From Chloroflexota bacterium (GTDB lineage Bacteria; Chloroflexota; Anaerolineae; Aggregatilineales; J027): a DNA stretch of 64,000 nt. The stretch covers positions 157,282 to 221,281 of the forward strand of contig QMIT01000003.1 of assembly GCA_024434115.1 (NCBI GenBank). The letters run 5' to 3'. The position numbers and the translations under genes are program-made. Under the pieces are notes generated by a model that did not search any database, was not told where the DNA came from, and saw nothing but the letters and a program-made list of their open reading frames with translations. Below, one piece after another: positions 38,701 to 45,891 of this stretch (its first letter is position 1; every line of letters starts with the position of its first letter).

Positions 38701-41700
38701 CATCACGGGTCGTGGCATAGAGCTTATATGTTCCCCCACGCGGCGGCACGTATTCCACTTGACCCTTGCCCTCGGCATCCAACGTTACGGAACCGCTGGC
38801 GACTTCGACCTCTTCCAAATCCCATGTCCATGCCATGCGTCCGTCAGTATCTTTTTCCAACACACTCGTCCAGCGGCGCTCGACAATGCGGTAATCTATC
38901 ACCTGATTCGGTACGGCTTGGCTGTCCCAATCGACTGCGATCAAATTAAAGCGCGATGTTTTGCCAGCCTCACTCAAATAGCTATCTGGCGCGACTCCCA
39001 CATAAACCTTGCCTTGATGCACCACCACTCGCACACGTCCGGAGACGGGTTGATTACTTTCATCGGTGACGGTGGCCTCAATCGTATAGACTTGGCTGCC
39101 GGGGTGATTAGCGGCTCCGGCGGGTAGGCGGATAACAAAACGGCCTTCTGCATCGGTCACACCTTCGCCTTCCGATACTTTTTCGGCCCACACCCCCGAG
39201 GTCGTCTCGATATAGTTCTCGGTATCAAGGCGGTCATAGTCAAAATCTTGGAACGTCCAGCGTCCACGTCCCTGATAGTTAAAGTAATAGTCTTGGCCCA
39301 GTGCTACCCATTTAATCTGGGCGTTGCTGACCGCGCCCCCAAAAAAGTATCGGGCATCAATGGTCACATCTACCATCTCGCCCATCAACACTTCACTGGC
39401 TGCGGGGGTCGCTTGGACTTCATATTCCGGCGCGTGATACTCCGCGACATTAAAGGTTAAACCCGGCAGATTCCAATAGTACCCCGTGTAGCGGTTGTAA
39501 TATTCCTGATAGCTTGGCAGCGCAACCGCAATACGATAGTTGCCAAGACTGGCCTCGTCATCCAATTTGAATTCGCCAGAAAATGTGCCCTGCGGATTAA
39601 CCTCAATGCGCTCCTCGTAGATTTTCTGATTTGACGCATCATAAATTTCGATGGGGACAGTTCGGTGTCCCGGCATCACACTGTACAAAACATCGTCTTG
39701 TTTACGTAGGATGCCCCGGAAATAGACGGTCTGACCGGGGCGATAAACCGGACGATCACTGTAGAGATACAGACGTTGATTACTCTGTTGGTAATCCATC
39801 TCGACATTAAAATCGCCGGGTTGGATGCCGTAGATGAGACGGTTTGAGACGAAGCCGAAATGTTCAGGCGTCTGTACTACTGCGTAGAGCGTGCCGTAAG
39901 TATCCAGTTTGGGTAGATCAACGATCACAAGGCCGTTTTCATCGGTGCGCCCAAAAGCGACCACACTGAACTTGTCGTCATAAAATTTCACCAGCAAATT
40001 GGGTTCGGGATTCCCCGTTTGCATGTTTGTAACCCATGCAAGGGCTTCATGTTGGCTGTACTTAAACGTGATATTGACGGTTGCCACAACCATCACATGG
40101 GCATTAGCTGGATAACCGCGTTTATTGGATTGAGGCGAGTTGACGTAGAGCAGATACGCCCCCGGTTCAAGGGCTTTATATTCACCGTTTTCAATCAAGG
40201 GCACATCGGAAAGGGGTTCGACAAAATACGCGGATAGGCTGCCTTCTGGAATCCAGCCTTCGGTCTCATCTTCAAAGTTCTTGACCATCCACCACAAATA
40301 CCCCTCGGCACATATCGGGCCGTCTTGCACCCAGAAGGTTGTGCCAGCGGCATATTGGGTCACGGTTTCGCTGCCAAAACTGGCCTCAGCATGAATGGGC
40401 AACGGGCGAGGGTCATCGTCTGTCACACGTGCCTCAATATCCACACTCAAGCGTCGGGCCGCCACTCCCTGACAGGCGAAGTCCTCCAGACCACGATCTA
40501 CTTCTTCGGGTGAAATCAAAACCATCCGGTCACGCGATACATTCAGGGGTGAGGCCACCGGAACTTGCCATGAACGCAACCGTTGGTTGGCACGATTATC
40601 CCGGTCAGGTTGGCTATTGCTACGTGCCACCCCTGCCAGCGAGGGTAAATCCAACCGATAAAGCTGTAATTCAATGGTATCAATGTTGCGATGTGAGACA
40701 AACAAGCGTGTTGTGGGGTCATACGCATTGTAGACTGCCATCATACCGGGGACATTCAGTCTGAGAGATGGCTCATAGGCCCGCGTCGCAAAATTGATTT
40801 CGGCGGATGTAGTGATTTCATTGCCATAAATATCACGCATCCCCGGTTCTAGGGTAATGGCGTAATTGACATTGGGCAGGCTTCGGAAAATCACAAAATA
40901 GGCATTCCGCCATTCTTCATAATACCCGCCGATTTCCCCTTCCGGGGCAGGGTCTATCTTAATCTTATCCGCGATGCTGTCGGCGTCCATCGGGGCATTA
41001 AAGAAGATACTGAAACTGCCACCGGGGTCAACATTACGTTCTCCATCGGCGGGATACGTCCGATAGTAATCAGGATAGGGCACGGTGCGTAAGGGCCGCA
41101 AATAGTCATTATTCAGTTCCGCACCCGTCATAGATCGCAGAATGGCCTCATCACCAACCAGCAAATAAATCGAGTCGAGTTCAAGGGTATCAAGCGTGCG
41201 CAGTCGAACCGTCCGACGATCCATTGACCACGAATATCCCATGCGCACTCTGTCCCCATCCCAAGACTCGATATACAGGCCATTTTGTGTAACAGGATTC
41301 ATGGGCTGGGTAAAGCTCAATTCGAGAATAGGTTTTAGGGGTATATCAAATGGGGCAAAAAGTTCTCGCTCGGCTATCAGGCGCTCAACGGCCTCGTCTT
41401 GTTCTTCGGTATGACGCACACGTGGGGCATTCAACACACGGGCATTGGCAAACGTGGGTTTAACAGTGGAAAAGCTAAACTGATAATCCTCTTCCAATAC
41501 GGCGTCGGTGGGGGTTTTAAGTCCGGCATCAATCGTAATGGTATAGGTCGTTCCACCAATAAATCCCAGTTCAGGCTTAAAGGTGTAGATAGAGGTATTG
41601 AGCCACTCGCCTGTCCCAGTCGTTTCTGGTTCGATGTGTACCGGGTTAACGAGATCGGCCTGATACCCAATACTGGTCAGGGGCACAACCGGACGGTTAA

Positions 41701-42193
41701 AGATCACTGTGACGACGGTATCGGTGGAAACATTGGTAGACCCGTTTCCCGGCAGGACTTCCGATATTTGCAGAGAATTCGTGGTAAATAAATGGAGCCG
41801 ATAGGCATCCTCCATTGGGACATCTTGTGTATCCTCGGCAAATACACTGAAGATCACATCGCTGTCGGTTGGATACCCTTCGAGCGGTGGGGAAAACCTG
41901 AGAATACGTCCCCCATCCACCCATTCCCACACGCCGCCTTCTATAGCGGGGTCAACGCTAAAGGTGCCGCCGCTCTCCATATTCATGGGACGGTCAAAGG
42001 TAAACTCAACTGAACGTTGCAGACCTAGTTCTTCGCCATTTTCCGGCGATGTTTCAATAATCTTTGGTGTTGTATTTCCGGCTTGATTGGGTGGAGCGGC
42101 CTGTGGAGAATTCGGTCTAATAAGGGCAAAAATAACGGTACAGATTATCAGTGCCAATGGCAGAGATACCAAAACACGCTTGCGCTTCAGCAT
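35771..42193 (-). CDS. alpha-2-macroglobulin family protein with thioester motif (2140 aa)
   Basis: CIEQ thioester site in YPHQCIEQTVSRFLPN. A2M domain DFVDTPLWEPSVVTDENGQAQVSITLPDNLTTWHIDARAI. HSDGGWGWFPG helical-toroid block. N-terminal TM anchor from ATG 42193. Confidence 0.9.
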   Translation of the reverse strand: MLKRKRVLVSLPLALIICTVIFALIRPNSPQAAPPNQAGNTTPKIIETSPENGEELGLQRSVEFTFDRPMNMESGGTFSVDPAIEGGVWEWVDGGRILRFSPPLEGYPTDSDVIFSVFAEDTQDVPMEDAYRLHLFTTNSLQISEVLPGNGSTNVSTDTVVTVIFNRPVVPLTSIGYQADLVNPVHIEPETTGTGEWLNTSIYTFKPELGFIGGTTYTITIDAGLKTPTDAVLEEDYQFSFSTVKPTFANARVLNAPRVRHTEEQDEAVERLIAERELFAPFDIPLKPILELSFTQPMNPVTQNGLYIESWDGDRVRMGYSWSMDRRTVRLRTLDTLELDSIYLLVGDEAILRSMTGAELNNDYLRPLRTVPYPDYYRTYPADGERNVDPGGSFSIFFNAPMDADSIADKIKIDPAPEGEIGGYYEEWRNAYFVIFRSLPNVNYAITLEPGMRDIYGNEITTSAEINFATRAYEPSLRLNVPGMMAVYNAYDPTTRLFVSHRNIDTIELQLYRLDLPSLAGVARSNSQPDRDNRANQRLRSWQVPVASPLNVSRDRMVLISPEEVDRGLEDFACQGVAARRLSVDIEARVTDDDPRPLPIHAEASFGSETVTQYAAGTTFWVQDGPICAEGYLWWMVKNFEDETEGWIPEGSLSAYFVEPLSDVPLIENGEYKALEPGAYLLYVNSPQSNKRGYPANAHVMVVATVNITFKYSQHEALAWVTNMQTGNPEPNLLVKFYDDKFSVVAFGRTDENGLVIVDLPKLDTYGTLYAVVQTPEHFGFVSNRLIYGIQPGDFNVEMDYQQSNQRLYLYSDRPVYRPGQTVYFRGILRKQDDVLYSVMPGHRTVPIEIYDASNQKIYEERIEVNPQGTFSGEFKLDDEASLGNYRIAVALPSYQEYYNRYTGYYWNLPGLTFNVAEYHAPEYEVQATPAASEVLMGEMVDVTIDARYFFGGAVSNAQIKWVALGQDYYFNYQGRGRWTFQDFDYDRLDTENYIETTSGVWAEKVSEGEGVTDAEGRFVIRLPAGAANHPGSQVYTIEATVTDESNQPVSGRVRVVVHQGKVYVGVAPDSYLSEAGKTSRFNLIAVDWDSQAVPNQVIDYRIVERRWTSVLEKDTDGRMAWTWDLEEVEVASGSVTLDAEGKGQVEYVPPRGGTYKLYATTRDDAGNEILSSGFMWVSSPEYVSWRQRNDNRITLIADADTYRPGDTAQILIPSPFQGETLALVTVERDSFLHTEVIHMTTNSYVYQLPIQDLYAPNIYVSVMLVKGIDEHTTYAQFRFGMIPLTVDTERLVMDVEVTPVMPEGVETVGPGDTVTLDVKTHDWAGNPVSAEVGIGVTDLSVLGLMSPNSPPLLEYFYSRRGLGIMTASTLTISADDYVQYVTNGRKGGGGGGGGYPGIIEIRQDFVDTPLWEPSVVTDENGQAQVSITLPDNLTTWHIDARAITTGADGPMLVGQSTADFVSTKPLLIRPVTPRFFVVGDELSIGAIVNNNTRQEQTVQVELIGTGFNVLNDVALIQTVTIPAQGRQRVDWPIVVLDVSDIDATFTVRNEDGSYTDGSKPLLGQGDERLLPVYRYVAHETVGTAGVLDGPDARRVTETIELPEQADTERGSLRIRLDHTLAGPMLDGLNYLQNYPHQCIEQTVSRFLPNIMTMRALAELNQSNPELKQNLNQQVILGLQRLYALQHSDGGWGWFPGDASNPLTTAYALIGLSEARNSGFAAVDTSVIERAGDFLYGYIAQQEGSGGLDSLQNWQLNQRAFILYALNRSAYASGLDSATYAARLTLMYEQRHRLNLDAQAFLMMSMMANDPNDPRLETLKSDFMSAATFAGSASATGIHWEDRPDYYNWTTDTRTTALVLMALAHYDVTNDLLPGAVRWLMTARQADAWETTQETAWSVMALTDWMLLTRELEANYAFGVDLNGEALLPEDTQVTPETVRESQRLRVEIEELLWDEANQVVITHGDGPGNLYYTLHLTTFLDVPGIEPASRGISIERQYYLADDPARQPITSAKVGDEVVVMLTITALRSLNYVVIEDPIPAGAEAVDPHLLTTSIVGQRPHLEIADRADWGWWYFSHTELRDEKVVLYATYLGPGTYTYVYRLRLGVPGQFNVIPATGQEFYFPEVYGRSSGMLFTVEP

Positions 42194-42405
42194 TTGAAAT
42201 CTCCCCTCGTCAAAACTACTTTTCACGAGGTTATAACATGGGGCTGATGCTTCTGTTGAACGCGCAGGCCACGTCTGTTCAATTGCTACCCCATGCCCGT
42301 CTTCCAAAAGGCTGACAAATAGCTGACGTGGTTAATTTACGCTAGGCGGTCATTGAATAAATTGTTTCAGGCGGAAAAACTGAAGAGGGTTCTTTTCTGC
42401 CGATC

Positions 42406-43812
42406 TTATTCGCTTAATTTTGTGTTTGCCTCATTTATCACCTCAATCAAATCAAGATTTTGGCCTTGCTGAATGATTTGCATGTACTGGTCACCGCCGA
42501 GCACCACTTCCAATTCTCGGCAAATAGAATCAAATAAGCGACGATTGAGATGGAAGGCATACCGATGCAGAACGCCAGTCCATCGTGCTGCTTGTTCATA
42601 TTCTTGACCGTGCCAGAAAAAATGAACCACGATAAGCAGCGTTTTTGCCAAATAGGGTTCAATCTTAAGCTGAAGAGCAAGTTCAATGGCCTCCAAAATG
42701 GCTTGACGGGCTGGTTCATACCGATTTTGCAGAAGGTCTAAGTAGGCCATATACCCTCGCGCGAGGCAGACATAGTAAGGGGTCTTTCTTAGGTGGGCCA
42801 ATTCAAGGGCGTCATCATAACACTTGACTGCTGCCTCAAAGTTACCGAGGTGGGTATAAATAAGGCCCAGATCAATCATCCCACTCACCACCAAGTTTTT
42901 CATATTGATCGAGTCGGCAACTTGGATACCCTCTTGATAATGGCTAATGGCAGAATCCAGCTTATCCAGTTCGACTTCACACATCGCCAAACTAAGCAAG
43001 GCGGCGGGCAGCATTCGCATAAACCCAACATTACGGCATATTTGCACAGACCGTTCGGCTTGCTGCTCCGCCGTGACAAAATCTTGCAGGGAGACAAGGC
43101 TGTTGCTAAGGGTGAGTAGCGCGACGCTCAACTCTCCCTCACGGCCTGTTCCCTCTACGATTGCCAAATATTTGGCAAAATAATCGTATGCCAACTGATA
43201 GTCGCCGCGAAAATGTGCCACTCGGCCAATCCCCTGATAAACACGACCAATCTCGGCGGTTGCTTGGCATTTTTCAAATAGAACGAGCGCTCTATTTAGC
43301 AAATCTTCCGATTCATCGAACTTGCCTAGTTGTTGGGCAACTGATGCCAATGTATAGTAAGCTCGCCCTATACTTAAGGCATCTTTGGCCCGTTGACCTA
43401 AAATCAATAGCTGGTTGGCAAGCTGGGTGGCTTGTTCCGCGCGAGCCGAATAAAAATGGGCCTGTGCAAGATGATGCAATATAGTACACTGAGCCTCAGC
43501 ATTTCCGACCAGAATCGCCGCATCAAGTGCCTGTTGCAGCCAAGTTACCCGCTCGGATGGCGTTTGGCGTACCCGCAAAATATCAATTCCCGCAATAGAA
43601 AATCCCACACATAATTGGGCTTTGTCTAGCTCATCCGCTGCGCTAACTGACCATGCTTGCCATTGGCGGATTTGACTCCAGTCCTGTTCGATATGGTTAT
43701 ACCAATAGGTGCGGTTACCATGCCCCCGCCGAAAGGCTGTATTTGCCTGTTGCAGCCGCGTCACATAATGTTGAGCCAACCGATATTGAAGCGTGCCAAC
43801 AGAAGATGCCAT
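42406..43812 (-). CDS. tetratricopeptide-repeat protein (the TPR sensor part of an AfsR-like STAND regulator, encoded separately)
   Basis: 468 aa of degenerate TPR units (e.g. GRVYQGIGRVAHFRGDYQLAYDYFAKYLAI). The ATG shares one nucleotide with the upstream stop codon (TAATG). Confidence 0.85.
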   Translation of the reverse strand: MASSVGTLQYRLAQHYVTRLQQANTAFRRGHGNRTYWYNHIEQDWSQIRQWQAWSVSAADELDKAQLCVGFSIAGIDILRVRQTPSERVTWLQQALDAAILVGNAEAQCTILHHLAQAHFYSARAEQATQLANQLLILGQRAKDALSIGRAYYTLASVAQQLGKFDESEDLLNRALVLFEKCQATAEIGRVYQGIGRVAHFRGDYQLAYDYFAKYLAIVEGTGREGELSVALLTLSNSLVSLQDFVTAEQQAERSVQICRNVGFMRMLPAALLSLAMCEVELDKLDSAISHYQEGIQVADSINMKNLVVSGMIDLGLIYTHLGNFEAAVKCYDDALELAHLRKTPYYVCLARGYMAYLDLLQNRYEPARQAILEAIELALQLKIEPYLAKTLLIVVHFFWHGQEYEQAARWTGVLHRYAFHLNRRLFDSICRELEVVLGGDQYMQIIQQGQNLDLIEVINEANTKLSE

Positions 43813-45635
43813 TAGCTCATCACCTCATCTAAAAGCGAGCGTGCATGTAAGACCAAGAGGGCGTGCATTTGGAAGCGCCCCCCACCAACGGGTTCTAAGA
43901 GGCCACGATTGACCAGTAACCTTGCAATCGGTTTGGGGTCGTCTACCTCCCATACGACGGCCATCGCGGGCAAGTCAAATGTCGCAGGTTTGGCAACAAA
44001 TAATCCCAAATAAGCGAAATACTGGCGAGTTAAGGCATCAAGCGAATCCGTGCTACGTTTGAGAAGCGCGGTAATCGTCAGCGAGGTATCGGACTTGTTT
44101 CCCAACATATCACTAGGCGCTTGAGCGGTCAGTAAACTGGCCCCCTCTCTTAAATCCGCCAATAACTCACTCACACCCCATCCCAATCGAGCCTCGCTAT
44201 GCAACAAACGACCTGCCACATGAATCGCCAAAGGTAGGCCTTCGAGATCACGTACCAATTGTGTGGCTTCATCAAATTGATTGGCAACGGTTTCGGGGGT
44301 GAATTTTGCTAATAGTTCCAGTGCTGCCTGTTCCGTCAAGACCGGCAGGCGATAAATATCATTAGCGGTCGGAGCAAGAGCAGTTGCTACGTCATTCAAA
44401 CGACTGGTCATGACCAATGCGCAATTCTTTCCCCCAACTCGAAACGGTTGGGCATGATCCGCCTGCCACACATCATCCACAATCAGCAGCATTCGTTTGT
44501 CCCGCAGCACCGCCGTCAATTGGGCACTGATTTCTTCGACGGTGCGGGCTTGACCGGGTTCATTTAAACGCAATGCCTCCGCCCAAACTCCGATTTCACT
44601 CGCAATACTAGGATTTTCGCCTAACGAAGCCCATAAGACACCATCGGGATAATACTGGCTGAGTTCCAAATCGTGGGCCAGTGTTGCCACAAGGGTGCTT
44701 TTGCCAACACCCGGCCAGCCTTGAATAACGGTGATTGGACGTGCTTCCGGACTGCCCACGCCAAGCCGCTGCTTAATCGCATGGAGCGCGGCTTCACGTC
44801 CCACCAAAAGCGATGGGAGGGGCGGCATCACACCTGAAATAGGTGGGCTAATCAAATCGGTGGACGACACAAACGTAGGAGTACCCTGTTGAATAGCCTC
44901 AAAAAGTCGGGTGGTCTCGCTTTCGGGTGGAGTAGCAAGTTCACTATCCAAAATTTCCACACACTGGCGATACTGGCGCAGTGCTTCTGACCGCTGACCA
45001 TTCGCAGCATACAAACGCATCAAGTGGCGATGGGCAGGCTCGTGCAGGGTATCAATCTCCAACCACTGGATGGCATGACGAATCGCTTGTTCATACTGGT
45101 CCAAGTCAGCATAATAGTGAGCTAGGCGGCGTTGGACATCGGCATATTCGCGGCGCAACCATTCGCGTTGGGCCAACTGCCAGTTCTCAAATTCCAAATC
45201 ATCCGGCAGATTAAATCCGATCAAAAAATCATCGCTATAGAGTGTTGCAGCTTGTTGATAAAAATCTACACAATCTTTACAAATGCTATCCGAGCCGTGC
45301 GGATGGGCGCTATTCGCTGCGAGTAGTTTTTGGAAAGCGATCACATCAACCCATACTACTTCTCGTTTGAGACCAATGGTCATACGATCCGCTTGAATCC
45401 ATTCGATATCCATCACTTTGGTCAGTGCTCGTAGGGCACTTCGCAAAGCTGACCGCGCATGATCCTCATCTTGATCCGGCCACAATAGACTGGCGATCAC
45501 CTCGCGGCTCTGCATTTGTTCAGATAATGCGAGATAGGCGATAAGGGCCACGGCCTTGCGGCGTTCAACTTTGACGGCTGTGCCTTGAAATTCGATGCGT
45601 GGGGTTCCTAACAAATACACCCGCAAGCCACTCAT
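43812..45635 (-). CDS. SARP-family regulator (OmpR-type wHTH + BTAD) fused to an NB-ARC/STAND ATPase (AfsR-like)
   Basis: LLGTPRIEFQGTAVKVERRKAVALIAYLAL wHTH. BTAD helices (HEPAHRHLMRLYAANGQRSEALRQYRQC). Walker A GWPGVGKSTL and Walker B LLIVDDVW. Confidence 0.85.
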   Translation of the reverse strand: MSGLRVYLLGTPRIEFQGTAVKVERRKAVALIAYLALSEQMQSREVIASLLWPDQDEDHARSALRSALRALTKVMDIEWIQADRMTIGLKREVVWVDVIAFQKLLAANSAHPHGSDSICKDCVDFYQQAATLYSDDFLIGFNLPDDLEFENWQLAQREWLRREYADVQRRLAHYYADLDQYEQAIRHAIQWLEIDTLHEPAHRHLMRLYAANGQRSEALRQYRQCVEILDSELATPPESETTRLFEAIQQGTPTFVSSTDLISPPISGVMPPLPSLLVGREAALHAIKQRLGVGSPEARPITVIQGWPGVGKSTLVATLAHDLELSQYYPDGVLWASLGENPSIASEIGVWAEALRLNEPGQARTVEEISAQLTAVLRDKRMLLIVDDVWQADHAQPFRVGGKNCALVMTSRLNDVATALAPTANDIYRLPVLTEQAALELLAKFTPETVANQFDEATQLVRDLEGLPLAIHVAGRLLHSEARLGWGVSELLADLREGASLLTAQAPSDMLGNKSDTSLTITALLKRSTDSLDALTRQYFAYLGLFVAKPATFDLPAMAVVWEVDDPKPIARLLVNRGLLEPVGGGRFQMHALLVLHARSLLDEVMS

Positions 45636-45648
45636 TGGTCTTGTCCCC

Positions 45649-45693
45649 CTGTCACGATTCTGTCACCAAGCTGTCGCGCAGCTTCCCTATACT
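45649..45693 (+). promoter_or_regulatory. candidate SARP box plus -10 element (P1) upstream of the PD40/FG-GAP gene
   Basis: CTGTCAC (45649-45655), CTGTCAC (45660-45666) and CTGTCGC (45671-45677) lie at exact 11-bp spacing. They are followed by GCAG, 6 nt and TATACT (45688-45693). No -35 hexamer is present. Confidence 0.5.
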
Positions 45694-45891
45694 GACCGTC
45701 AATCAAGCAATGCTTGAGCTGTGTGTCAGTCAGCAATGTTTCCACCCATTGTAGTGGAATTTGCAGCACGGCGTTTCCCAGCAACGAAATTACACATGGC
45801 AATGACCATGTAATCGTGGGACAGCCGTACTGGATAGGCTCCATTGCTGACAATGCCACATTTCGTTGGATCAAAGGGTTGGGAGAATATC

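Noticed and set aside
35960-42013. Numerous 60-170-aa plus-strand ORFs inside the A2M gene.
   Set aside because: All lie antisense to or nested within a 2140-aa ORF with clear family motifs along its length.
42240-42290. CTGTTGA and CTGTTCA 22 bp apart, with an intervening CGCGCAG, upstream of the A2M gene, as a possible third SARP box.
   Set aside because: The heptads differ from CTGTCAC and are spaced 22 bp rather than 11 bp. They are inverted relative to the minus-strand A2M gene, and no TATACT follows at the P1/P2 spacing. The resemblance is too weak.
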